64,000 bases of DNA, from the NCBI RefSeq assembly GCF_006345805.1, contig NC_042997.1:13268001-13332000 (forward strand), given 5' to 3'. The stretch is from Octopus sinensis. Its lineage: Eukaryota. Positions 22,790 through 37,924 of the stretch are shown piece after piece (position 1 is the first letter of the stretch; each line of letters starts with the position of its first letter). The translations under genes and the position numbers were made by a program. Below the pieces are notes generated by a model. That model saw nothing but the letters and a program-made list of their open reading frames with translations. It was not told where the DNA came from and did no database searches.

Positions 22790-23290
22790 AGTGACAGACT
22801 AAATTTTACAAGGCCTGTATAAAGGCAAACTTGCTATTTTTCTCATTCGCTTCCTCACTATTGATCTACCAGGAAATGGAGAGTTCTTTGTAAAACACCT
22901 GCCTGGATTCAGCCCCAAGTGTGACCTTAACAATGTAAATGCGATACCTTCTGGGAATTTTAGTTGTTCCCGGATGTCGTTTCTCAGTTCCCAGTCTCGT
23001 GGTGTTGCCTGTAGTCCCAAAAACGTTAAACAGGCAGCTGGCGGCTCCTTCGCAACACCCTTGACAAAGGTACTTCAGGACCTTTTCAGGAACTGAGGAT
23101 GTATTCCAGTGTCCTTCATATCAGGTACAGGTAGAAAGCAAATTACACCACGTTTCCCCAGGAGAACAAGTTGCATTGACAGGTAGGGCGTCGTAAACTG
23201 CTTAAATTAGGAATTTTAGATGGTGGAGACCCGCTCTTCAAAACCCCTTTCATACAAATTAGCGAGTCAATAATTGCTCCTGTCTTAACC
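22790..23290 (-). pseudogene. Hero/NeSL-like RLE LINE relic
   Basis: LI*AVYDALP, TLEYILSS, and ATPRDWELRNDIREQLKFPEGIAFTLLRSHL match AVYDVLP, TLEHILSSC and ATARDWxLxVDLxxQLKFPxxIAxTxLRPD as recalled for Hero-clade elements. Confidence 0.65.
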
Positions 23291-23704
23291 AAATTCCCTG
23301 GTATTGCATACCTACACGCTTGTTGGATCGTTCGTCCTCAACTAACACTCGTATCATATAAGTAATCTTTTGTCATATCAGTAAGCTTTTGTCGTTTTCC
23401 TGGACTTTGTCGTGTTCAGGTAAATGCCCACCAGCCGCCACTGTTCAAGCTCAACAGAGTCCACTGCTCTTTACTTTCATCCTATCTTGATCTAAATACC
23501 AAATTGAGAGACATTTAGATCACAGGAGTCTCGATAATTTAAACCCCACGCAGCATGAGTTACCACGAATTGTCTCACGTACATACACACGAACATACAC
23601 ACAAATACACACACACATAAATATATATATATTCACATACACACTCATACATACACATATACAGATATTTATACATAAGCATCTGCATGTGTTTATATAT
23701 TCTT

Positions 23705-23916
23705 TTATTTTTTACTCGTTTCAATCATTTGAATGCAGCCATGATGGAGCACCACCTTTAGTCGAACAAATCGATCCCAGGATATAATTTTTGTAAATCT
23801 AGTATTTATTCTATTGGTCACTTTTGCCGAACTGCAAAGTTACTGGGGCGTAAACATACCAATATCGGTTGTCAAGTGATAGCAGGAGGACAGATACACA
23901 AACATATGCATACATC

Positions 23917-23948
<32 letters not shown>

Positions 23949-23977
23949 ACACACACACACACCACACACACACACAC

Positions 23978-24021
<44 letters not shown>

Positions 24022-24163
24022 CGCAGGAGTGGCTGTGTGGTAAGTAGCTTGCTAACCAACCACATGGTTGCGGTTTCAGTCTTCTGCTATAGCCCTGGGC
24101 CGACCAATGCCTTGTGAGTGGATTTGGTAGACGGAAACTGAAAGAGGCCCTGTCGTATATATG

Positions 24164-24224
<61 letters not shown>

Positions 24225-24523
24225 CTGTGTGTGTGTGTGTGTGTCTGTGTTTGTCCCTCTAGCATTACTTGACAGCCGATGCTGGTGTGTTTACGTCCCC
24301 GTCACTTAGCGGTTCGGCAAAAGAGACCGATAGAATAAGTACTGGGCTTACAAAGAATAAGTGCCGGGGTCGATTTGCTCGACTAAAGGCGGTGCTCCAG
24401 CATGGCCGCAGTCAAATGACTGAAACAAGTAAAAAGAAAAAAAAATGTATATATATATATATATATATACAAACTGGATCTATGTGGTTGGGAAGCAAGC
24501 TTCTTACCACACAGCCACGCCTA
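23705..24523. mobile_element. Nested SINE A pair: minus-strand copy (tail 23705-23900, head 24470-24523) enclosing a plus-strand copy (24019-24437)
   Basis: Both parts match the family A consensus in opposite orientations around a (CA)n(TA)n tract. Confidence 0.8.
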
Positions 24524-24526
24524 TGC

Positions 24527-24643
<117 letters not shown>

Positions 24644-25862
24644 TTTGTCTAAGTTTTAAAACTATAAATATTGGTTTTATCCACCACTCATAACGCTACC
24701 TGCTTCAGAATTCGTTCCTTAATGGATTTTAGAAAAGTTATATATGCGTGTGTGTAGTACGGTTGTGTGTATGAATCTGTGCATGAGTATTATCTATATA
24801 TATCGCAACATATTAGATACACACAAAACTGAGTAAACTTAAATTGCAATTAAAAATATTTTTTAAATGAAGATATAAAGGAAAACACAATATATATATT
24901 TTTTAAAAAATAACTTTAAAATTTATCACCAAGAATTAAATTAAACGGAAAAGTTCATAGAAAGTATACAGAAATTGGAATTGAATATTTTTTTTTATAC
25001 TTGCCTGCCAAAGGAAATATTTGTAAGTGTGCAAACTCTGTCGATAATTTGCACAAAATATTTCAGCTCGACATTAATTTTATCACGACCATAGGCAAAA
25101 ATCCATCAGTGCTGTCTACAGCTTAAAATCACCATTTCGACATCCATCTACAGACCGAAAAATTATGAAGAGATATTTTTCCTCAAGTAACATATCTCCC
25201 GGATGTTCTCACACATTAACAAGAAATTGTCTTCTATTATTGTTACTATGCAAGTGATTTAAGATGCTATTTCATTCAGGAGAGGAGACGAACCAGATAA
25301 GAATGAAGAACTTGAGGGTATTTCTAAAATTAACGGGACGAAGCCAATCTATTTGTATCAAGCAGAAAAGATAGCTGCAGGTGGCCATTACATTTGGTTG
25401 AACAACTTGACAGATTCAATCTTGTAATCATCAGGGTAAAATTAGTGGGAGGGGAGTATTTTCCTACTTTCTGATTATTTGCAAATACGTTTAGGGTTTA
25501 TTTTACATTAAAATTATTGTTGGCCTTGAGCCTTTCTTTTAATAGTTTTGATTCCCCCTTACGGCAAGTTCCTTGAGAGGAAAATAACCACCTTGTATTA
25601 ATAATACAAGCTACATCTCCAGATAGACACAAATAGCCCTCTTTATAGTATTATTGAAATTTTACGACGCAGGTTTTTGTGGTTTTTGTGGTTAAATCCT
25701 TTTCGAAATTCACCTGTTTGCATTATATATCATTCGATTTATATACATTTCACGTATACGCACACAATCATGCTTCTGTGATATGTAAGAAACATAAACG
25801 AACATACGCATGTATCTGTGTGTTGGTATATATGTATGTATGTATATATATATATATATATT

Positions 25863-25906
<44 letters not shown>

Positions 25907-26306
25907 CGTGTGTGTTGTGTGTACATATATATATATATATATACAGATATATGTTTACACACACAAACACATATATATATACAGTGTATATATATATGTA
26001 TGCATATATATATATATATATATATAATATATATACATATATAAATGTGTATGTATACATATATATGTATGTATACATATATATAATACACATGCGTACG
26101 CACACGCGCCAATTTTCAAGATGTGTTGTATATACTTGCATCGAATTATCCCCCCTTTTAAATTTAGCGTCCTCCACATTCTCTTTGTTCATAAAATAGA
26201 CACGCAATATTCATAAAGCGATTGCCACACATATGTAACGTTAGTCTTTTTCGATTTTCTGGCTTTTCGAAAAAATGCAGATGGTCATATATGGAAAGAG
26301 AGAGAA

Positions 26307-26470
26307 AGACGCAGAAGTGGCTGTGTGGTAAGAAGTGTGCATCACAGCCACATGGCACTGGGTTCAAACCCACTGCGTGCAACTTTGGATACTGTTTTCT
26401 ACTATAGCTTCGGGATAACCAAAGTCTCCTGAGTTAATTTGGTAGATGGAAACTGAAAGAAGCTCATCAT
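26307..26470 (+). mobile_element. SINE family A, head half only
   Basis: GCAGAAGTGGCTGTGTGGTAAG...GGAAACTGAAAGAAGCTCATC followed by (TA)n. Confidence 0.85.
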
Positions 26471-26491
26471 ATATATATATATATATATATA

Positions 26492-26575
<84 letters not shown>

Positions 26576-26854
26576 TATATATAGGACGGGCGTTGGTCGA
26601 ATAAATCGACCTAGTACTTGAGTTGTACTTTATTTTATTGACACCGATGATTCTAAAGGCAAGTTATTTTATTTGATGCTCATCTCAAACACTAATCTCA
26701 AATGCAACATAAGTAGACGGAAAGATATTACTGTGTTTAAAGAGATAAGTCTTACTGCAAATCTGGCAATTACACTCTTGTCTTCACACTTGACAAATTT
26801 GATTTGCTTCATATTTCCTTCATCAGAAACGCATGCACGAACGCTACCTCACAC

Positions 26855-26946
<92 letters not shown>

Positions 26947-27049
26947 CACACGCCACACACACACACACAGGCACACACATATATATATATATACACACAC
27001 CACACACACACAGGCACATACACACATATATATATATATATATAAATAT

Positions 27050-27240
27050 CAGTCGCCATGATATATCGTTAGCCACTACACACATTTTTTCTCTCCTTGT
27101 TTTTTCTGTCCCTTTCTGTAGAAGAGCGTAGGCTCGAAACGTAAAATACGTTTTCTATTCCTGAGCGTTATACTAATACATCTGTTTGTTTTGTAAACCA
27201 CCTGTCTTTGTCCTTTGTTTTTTTCGTAAACTCTCCCTAT
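27050..27240 (+). mobile_element. Penelope-like terminal repeat fragment with hammerhead-like three-way junction lacking a canonical core
   Basis: TAGAA GAGC-gtag-GCTC GAA ACGTA-aaa-TACGT T TTCTA at 27119-27157. Flanked by (TA)n. Confidence 0.5.
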
Positions 27241-27399
27241 ATATATATAGATCTAAATATATATATAGATAGATAGATAGATACATACATACATACATAC
27301 ATACATACATACATACATACATACATACAGGGCCCATATAAAGGTTCCTCCTTACAATTTCAAACAAATTAATTTTAACATTGGGTAGGACCGTCTTTG

Positions 27400-28311
27400 G
27401 CAGTAATTATAACTTGTATTCTACGAAGTGTAAGCCCGTACAAGGTTTGAATTACTGTTTTTTTCTAAAATGCACCGTAAATGTTCAATAATATTGAGAT
27501 CAAGGGACTGTGGTGACCAGATAAGAATGTTCCTCTTGCCATTCAGTAAGACCTTTAGCTGTGTGAATTGGTGCATTGTCATCCTGAAAGATTGCGTTTC
27601 CCTCCGGAAATAGTTCCACAACCATAGGATGGATTTGATCGGATAAAATGCTTAAATAGTCTTGACTATAAATTCTGTCATGGAGGCAAACCATTGGGCC
27701 GGTGGATTTCCAAGATATAGCCCCCACCCCCAGATCATCACGAATCCTCCTCCATGTTTAACGGTTGGAAGAAGGTAGTCTGACTCAAATCCTTCTTTTG
27801 GCTGTCTTCACACAGATACTCGGCCAGTGGTTGGAAATAAGATAAAGGATGAATCGTCAGAGAAAATAACATTCTCCTACTGCTCTAGGGACAAATTCTG
27901 TAGGTTTTACTCCACTCTAAACGCTTTACAACGTTTGTTTTCGAAACTAGTGGCTTTATGATTGCAGCCCTGTCGTGAAATCCGGCTTTGTGCAGCTCCC
28001 GACAAACAGTTTCAGGGAAACTGGGTTCTCGATGTGGTCATTAAGCTCTGCAGTAATTTTGGGAGCTGTACTTTTGTGATCCTTTCTAAAAATTCGCGTA
28101 AATATCCGACAATCCCTATATGAACGTTTTGATATTCTTTCGGAGTCTTATTTCGACGAGGAGGGATTTTCACCTCTTTGTTAAAGGCTGTCATTACTTT
28201 CTAGACAGTACTTCTTGATACACCGAACATTTCGGATGTTTTCGTTACGCTAGCGCCTGCAATACGAGCACCATCAATTTGACCTCTTTGAAAGTGCGAT
28301 AGATCTGTCAT
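27400..28311 (-). pseudogene. Tc1 (DD34E-type) transposase relic
   Basis: MTDLSHFQRGQIDGARIAG, VIFSDDSSF, TVKHGGG..MIWG, IFQDDNAPIH, PDLNIIEHL. Several frameshifts. The element spans roughly 27328-28486, but the two ends do not match as TIRs. Confidence 0.9.
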
Positions 28312-28483
28312 TTTAATGAATTTTAATTACCTTTTTCTGATGATATCTGAAAAGAAATAGCAATTTTAGTAAAACATTAAGCAACATTAATGATCAATCA
28401 AAAAGCATAAAATAAACAAGCTTTTGACGGGTATTTCAAAATTATGATGCTATGTTGCTAGGTGTTTCCATTATTGAGTCCAA

Positions 28484-28517
<34 letters not shown>

Positions 28518-29975
28518 GTGCTCTTGTGTGTCTGTGTGTGCGTGTGCATCCGTGTGTGTGTGTATGCAAGAGAGTGTGGATATTGGTTTCAAGAACCCTC
28601 TGGTAGAAAACCTTCGATCTTTCCTAATCATAAGGTAGACACACACACACACACACATACGCGTATTGAGTCGAACAATATCAGTACTGCATGATGTATA
28701 CCTTGCTGTCTTTTGACAGAAAGTTATACATCTTTGAATACATTATACGAGGATTTGATATGATTACCGTTCTTTCCCTCCACCCACATAAAAAAAATTA
28801 ATTAATTAATTTGTCTTAAAAGAAATGAAAGAAACCAAACAAAATATACAAGGAAATTCCAATAGATTTGACACGTTTTATATTGCATTATGCTAGCTAG
28901 AAGAATTTAGCACTTCTACATAATTTATTCATGTAGCATTGCGTCATATCGGCAATGTGATTTTAAATATAAGACCACAACTATGAAGTACATCAGCAAA
29001 TTTACAAAGCAATACAAAAGATCAGAGTTGTACATTAGCACTTCATCAGAAAAATAGATATTCTCTTAGATTACTGAAAATTAGATGAAGTATTAATATA
29101 TCGTATCTGAATTTAATATCATCGTGATTTTTTTGTATGTTAATTTGCTTTAATTATTTCAAATATTCGATTAAGATATTTTAATTTTTCCATCTAGGAG
29201 TACTTTTGTGCTGAACATTTGATAAGGTATATTGTATGAGTTCTAAGAATCTAGCTGATGTTTATTCTACAGAAATCTGTGTTAAATGAGATCGTGTATT
29301 AGATCATTCACGCACATTTACGAAACTACTATAGTAGACTGCGTTGTACAACAGAAAGTGCTCTACAATATTTGCTAATGAATTTTCATAATAACGGAAC
29401 ATTATATCAAGGTATTTAAAAAGCGGAGTGATGATTTTGTGAATTGACGCCTTTCTTATATCACTTGGGTAATTTTTCTGATTAAACTGCTTATAATCAG
29501 AAAATACTTAAGATTACTACGATTGTGTTATTTGCTTCCATGTTTTAATAGTAAGGAAACTGGAAAGTTCATTGCAGATCAGCTTCGTTTAGAAAATAAT
29601 CAACGTTATACAAATAAGTCTGGATTTAGGATTATTTGACACTTAGAATCATCGGTTTTCTTTACGAATTCTTGTAACTGAGATTGCCTGTGTGGTTAAG
29701 AAGCTCGCTTTGCCATGACGTTCCTCCGGGTTCACTCCCACCTCGGAGAATTTTTTATTTCACGTTGCTTCAGTCCAATCAACTGGCAAAATGAGTTTTA
29801 CTTGTTGTTAAGTGGGCCAACAATGCAACATTTTGTGTTACGCTGAATCTCCCAGAGAACAAAGCTAAGGCATGTCTGTGCAGTGCTCCCGCTAACCATA
29901 TCGTCTTGCCCGACTAATGGCATTTGAATGAATTTGGCAGTCGGAAGCTATGTGAAAGACCGTGTATATATATAT

Positions 29976-30353
29976 TGTTGTATTTCGGGATGGTCATTTT
30001 TTTATTTTGTTTCTTAAATAAACACCCGCACTACGTTGTTTTCTTCACTTGTTTATTACTTTTCTTATCATATTATTTTAACTCATATCCATTGTCCGGA
30101 AATCTCTCGTCGCACATCTGTTACCTCTTCAGTGACACATTTTGTGTGGCAATTTGCTTTAATTATTTCAAATATTCGATTAAATATGTGTCGATTAAAA
30201 ATTGTCGCTGAAGAGGTCACAGGTGTGTGACGAAAGATTTCAGAACAATGAACATAAAATAAGAATAGTAATACATGAGGGAAGAAAAAATATAGAGTGC
30301 GTGTGTTTATTTGGCAAAAATAAATAAGTAAATGATTATCCCGAAATACAACA
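29976..30353. repeat. ~380-bp fold-back element (arms 29976-30136 and 30204-30353)
   Basis: The arms are roughly 75-80% complementary by eye, start TGTTGTATTTCGGGAT / ATCCCGAAATACAACA, and each carries a CTGAAGAG...GACGARA hammerhead-like segment. Confidence 0.85.
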
Positions 30354-30444
30354 GTATCGGTTTCAACACAGGATTTCGCATAAGGAATCTTGCAACATAA
30401 ATTGATAAATGTATGTACATACATACATACATACATACATACAT

Positions 30445-30830
30445 GTGGATGCGCAATGGCCCAGAGGTTAGGGCAGCGGACTCGCGGTCATAGGATCGCG
30501 GTTTCGATTCCCAGACCGGGCGTTGTGAGTGTTTATTGAGCGAAAACACCTAAAAGCTCCACGAGGCTCCGGCAGGGGATGGTAGTGATCCCTGCTGTAC
30601 TCTTTCACCACAACTTTCTCTCACTCTTACTTCCTGTTTCTGCTGTACCTGTATTTCAAGAGGCCGGCCTTGTCACTCTCTGTGTCACGCTGAATATCCC
30701 CGAGAACTACGTTAAGGGTGCACGTGTCTGTGGAGTGCTCAGCCACTTACACGTTAATTTCACGAGCAGGCTGTTCCGTTGATTCGGATCAACCGGAACC
30801 CTCATCGTCATAACCGACGGAGTGCTTCCA
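30445..30830 (+). mobile_element. SINE family C, full length, within (CATA)n
   Basis: A box TGGCCCAGAGGTTAG, B box GGTTTCGATTCCC, tail CGTCATAACCGACGGAGTGCTTCCA. (CATA)n on both flanks. Confidence 0.93.
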
Positions 30831-30864
30831 CATACATACATATATACAAACATACGTATATATA

Positions 30865-31186
30865 ACGTACGATGAAAATAAACAATTTTGATTTAGAAGC
30901 ATTGTGATGTATAGAAAGATACAGAAATAATTTATTCTCAAACGCATGATAATGCTAATACAATGGCATGAACAGGATAAACTATCTAGCACTCAAAGTG
31001 TAATCACAGATATGTAAGTTCGAGTCTCATAGCTGGCAGTAACGATTTTTTCTTCAATATATGGATAGTTTATCCTGTTCATGCCATTGTATTAGCATTA
31101 TCAGGCGTTTGAGAAAAAGTTATTTCTGTATCTTTCAATACATCTCAACGATTCTAAAGCAAACTTTGTTTACTTTCATTGTAAGT
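30865..31186. repeat. Inverted repeat, 122-bp arms around a 77-bp tRNA-like spacer
   Basis: The inner 51 bp of the arms are 50/51 complementary. The spacer plus the start of the right arm recurs at ~31277-31373. Confidence 0.9.
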
Positions 31187-31399
31187 TGAATTTAACGTTA
31201 GCGTCTTATAAAGCTAGATTTATAAATCCTAAAATCGCAGAACAATTCCTTACTGGGCAGTTTGGCTTAAAGGTAAAGCACTTCATGCGTAATCACAAAG
31301 ATGTGACTTCGAGAATCATGGCTGGGCGATAACGATTTTGTTTCTGTATTATATGGATAGTTTATCCTGTTCATATATATATATATTTATATATATATA

Positions 31400-31494
<95 letters not shown>

Positions 31495-31497
31495 GCT

Positions 31498-31712
31498 GGG
31501 ACACTCAGTCGGTTATGACGACGAGTGTTTCAGCTGATTCGATCAACAGAACAGCCAGCTTGAACGACAGGTACTACTTATTTTTGGCAGCTGAGTGGAC
31601 TGGAGCAACATGAAATGAAGTGTCTTGCTCAAGGACACAACTTGCAACCTGGAATCGAACACGCAACCTTACGTTCGAGAACCGATTACACTAACCACTA
31701 GGCCACGCACTT
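31498..31712 (-). mobile_element. SINE family D: tRNA head with TGTGTCCTTGAGCAAGACACTT box, tail shared with family C
   Basis: Minus-strand head GTGGCCTAGTGGTTAG...GTTCGATTCC. The 3' part CTGTTGATCGAATCAGCTGAAACACTCGTCGTCATAACCGACTGAGTG matches the tail of 30445-30830. Confidence 0.7.
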
Positions 31713-33879
31713 TCTTACGCGTGCGTGCACACATGTATATAGATCTATATAAATGTATATGCGTGTTATGTGTTATTGTTTACACCATCGTCACTCGATA
31801 ACCAGTATTCTGTTTTCTTATGTCCCAAAAACTTAGAAGTTCGGCAAAAGAGGTTGCGTGAATAAGTGACGGGCTTTCATAAATACTTGGATTCATTCGT
31901 TCGACTGAAATCCTTCAAGGGGGTACCCCAGAATATCTGCAGTCAAAGAACTGAAACAACTGAAAGAAAAAAAAGGAGTGTGTATATGTATGTGTGTGTG
32001 TGTGCGCGCGCGCTTGTACGGTTTCCCCATTCCGCTTGAAAATTGGTGTTGTTTCTTTATGTTTCCATAACATAGCAGTTCAGCAAATGAAACCGATAGA
32101 AAAGAGACCGTTGTATCAGATTAAAATACATAACTAATGGGGCGATTTCTTCGACTAAAATCCTTCGAGACTGTACCCTATCATGACTGCAGTAAAATAA
32201 TTAAGATAAGTGAAGGATAAAAAAAATTCTTGGGTAAAGGTTGGTCAACTAGATTAAATGTATTCCTTGACCACTGCTCATCGGCCACAGAATTAGAAAA
32301 TGCAAACTTCTTATTTTGGGAGATTTGAACTCAAAACCTATTTGGCGCAGCCAAATAACAAGGCATTTTACCGGACGTCTACCATTTCTGCCATCTACCG
32401 ACTATATTTTAAAAAGACAATTCAGATATCTCACCAGGACTAGAGGCACCTCTAAAGATATTAATGGCCAACATTTTATTTCATTTTGCACTTTGAATTG
32501 TTACTAAACTTCGCTCTAAACAACATAAACAATAAATATAATGACAATAGATACAACAACATTATTATACACGATGTTTTTTATGGGTTTCTAATTATTC
32601 TAAATCATAATATTGGTATTTCTATTCTTAATGTTTTGGCAATATCATCGCCTCAGTGTGTTTGAGTAGAAGAAACAGATGTGCATCTTTTCAAATGAAT
32701 AGGAATGAAAACAACTGAAAATGAAAAGCATTCAGAAAATAGAATTATCATCTTGAAAAGAAAAGAAAAATTAATTGCTTCCTTAAAAAATATGAGCAGC
32801 CTAAAAATAAATAGAAAAATATGATTTTTTTTTCTCCTTAGCTTAACAGAAATACAGCAAAGAACGTGATAAAAAAAAACGTCATTTCTTAAAATTCATT
32901 TTTTTCTTGACAAAAACAAATCAATCAAACTATTAACATTGTCAATATGTTATTAAAAGAAATGAATTTTAAATAAAAAAATAAAGATATTGCAACATGC
33001 ATCTTACGTAATATGACAGCAGGTAAAAATATGGACTTCAGTTTACTTTGATAAATATAATTTTTTGTATGTAATAGGATGTTTCGAATATTCCTCATTC
33101 GGTTTTATGTTTTCTTTTTTCTTTTCTCTATTTCGTATTGTACCTGTAGATATACACCACATGCAAATTCTTTAAATACAGAAGAAGTTATGAAAACAAA
33201 AGAGGAGATAATGAAAAACAAAGAAGTAGAACAACAGTTTAAATCTTTACTTGACGGGTGAAATGCTAGATAAAGAAAAGCAGACTTGTGGATAATTTAT
33301 GAGAAAAGTTTCAATACTAGTCATATTAGATTTTTCTGTTCTGTACATTCTTCATTTTGCCATATTAACATTCTTTATAATTTTATGTTCTTCTAATTTT
33401 TGTTTTTATAAATCGTTTTTTCCATACTGTTATATGAATCATCGGAAAAATTTCGTGGAGGTTGGGGAATTCGAAACTTTAGCAAGTAATATCATATTTA
33501 TAAAAATACTTTCATCTTTTAAGTTATTAATTGTTTTCGTGTTGTCATGGTGGCGAGTTCCTAACATTTATCCAAATATCTGTCTATAATTGAATTTGCA
33601 ATTGTAGTATGACAAATTCATGACAAATATAAACATGCAAGAATTTTGCAAAAATGATTTGACCAATCAACATAAATACTGTACTTGATATACATTCGGG
33701 AATTTCCACTGAAAATTACAAACGTTAATCTAAAACTGTTTATCAATTAAAATATATTTAATTGGTAAAATAGATTTCATCAATGCTCAAAATTTGAAAA
33801 TGGCTTGTGCAATACATTTTTTAACACAAGTAAGCATATAGACATGTATGCATAAGTCAAAAAGTTTTGTGGTCACTTT

Positions 33880-34650
33880 TATATATTAGTAACCTACTGA
33901 CTACCACATCCAATATCACCCACTTTTACGCAGATGATATGGCCATAATACCTCCCTAATCTTCTACGGCTATACCTCATTCACACGCAACCGAGTACTC
34001 GCCAGCTAAACCTGCATTGATTCCACAAACAGAAATCGTTCGAGTATTCTTCAATGCTAACGAGCGTTAACCTTGTCTCATGTAATAGCAAAAGAAATAA
34101 AAATGCAAAACGTAAGCAGTTCCCATAACCCGAAAACCACATCGCCCCTACACACACTAAAAATTACCGGTACTGATCTAAAACTCATAATACTGAAACT
34201 CATTATCACTGAGGATCTCTCCTGACGAATGCAAATCCTTAACAAAACTAGACCTATATCTCAAAGATTTATCTTACGTATAAAAGTTGCCGACATGTTA
34301 GAAATACGAACGAAACCCAGGACAGAGTACAGTTTCAGCATCTGAAACGCATACAGACATCTTGAACTCTGTTCATACGGAGCACTATTTATATGGAAGC
34401 AACTCGGTTATCAGTATTTAATAACTGATATACTCCAGTCTCTGTCCACAGTTGTGCTCTCTATCTTTTGCACCAGCACTTTAATTGCTTCTGGTCCTGA
34501 AAGCTAGCTGTCTAATTTCAACCACTCGGTTCTCTACCCCTTGCAAACTTTGTTGCATCTAAATCCAAACTCACTAACGATGTTATCCAATCTCTCACCC
34601 CCAGAATATCATCAGTCTGGAATGCCCATTTGTTATGCTATTCCTGCAGG
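33880..34650 (+). pseudogene. Old CR1/L2/Jockey-type LINE RT relic
   Basis: TFYADDMA at ~33922-33945, followed by a C-rich degenerate 3' region typical of these LINEs. No long ORF. Confidence 0.45.
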
Positions 34651-34948
34651 CGTTGACCAGAAATAATATAAATGGAGTATTAAAAGTTATCCGGAGACAT
34701 ATTCATATATTCGTGCCTCATATAAATGTATATTACTGATGATGCAAATTTATCTTTTGCAAACCAGACAAAAGCCCTCATACTACATTGCACATATTTG
34801 TCAATTTCTTCCCTTACAAAACTAGTTTCGAATATTGCGCTTAAATTATATGCCATATACTTATTTACAATTCCATATTAGATACTTATAAAAAATGCAT
34901 ATTATATACGATATAGCTCTGAAAGCTAAAAAGTTCGACACAAGGAAG

Positions 34949-37093
<2,145 letters not shown>

Positions 37094-37924
37094 ATTACCG
37101 TTTTATGAGAAGTAGGACTCAAGAAAAATAATGAAATGCGGGTGTCCGGACGAATTCAGAACGCTTGCTAAGTGCCTTACAGATCTGTGGTCACGTAGCA
37201 GCTGACCATGTTAAGTCTTGCAGCCTTGAAGTTGCACATTGAGCCTTGAGGAGCAGTCATAATGTGGTCATTTTGATACTCGGCGTGAATGATCATAATA
37301 AGGTAAATCTCTTCCAATATTCAGGTGCTTCCAGTCCTCCATACCAGATATTTTCTTCTGCTATAGCTTTAATCTTTATCCCCATATCACTGTTTGCTGT
37401 TCCCCAATACAATAAGCTGCTCGTGAACAAATGCGATCCAAACGGTCATTAAATTTAACCTAACACACTGTACACAAACGCATACATGCATGAACGCCTT
37501 TTTATATATGCAGAAGATTGGGCTCGAGTCCTACGGCCATTCTTTGTCCATTCCATCCAAAAGGTTTTTACAATTTTATCTACCTCGCGTGCCATTGTTA
37601 AAAACGATAGCATATATATATATATATGTATTATTTTACTATTTTACACGTTTCAGCCCTTAGGTTGTGGCCATGCTGAGACACCGCGATTGGTTTTTGG
37701 TGAAGGCGTGAGTTCGACACTACTGCTTCCTTTTGAATCTCTTGCCTTGATATTGGCTCATCTGGGCCCTTAGACGGCAGGAGATTAAATTGTTTCTTAA
37801 AAACGTATATTTGTATGTATGTATGTATGTATGTATGTATGTATGTATGCATGTATGTATGTATGTATGTATGTATGTATGTATGTATGTATGTATGTAT
37901 GTACGTATGTATGTTTGTTTGTTT

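Noticed and set aside
25014-25380. Candidate 9-nt microexon (25014-25022) and acidic open frame after the acceptor at 25279
   Set aside because: Motif-only; such matches are expected by chance in AT-rich DNA.
27328-28486. Intact Tc1 element with TIRs
   Set aside because: The left end does not match the right end and the transposase has multiple frameshifts, so it is reported only as a relic.
30445-30520. tRNA genes at SINE heads (also 1741, 9115, 31640-31712)
   Set aside because: A/B boxes are present, but no complete cloverleaf with an acceptor stem can be drawn, and each continues into a SINE body.
37240-37600. Possible RLE-LINE relic on the minus strand (LLHI..G, DRICSRAAYCI, RDLP)
   Set aside because: The resemblance to CCHC/RHD motifs is too degenerate to support.
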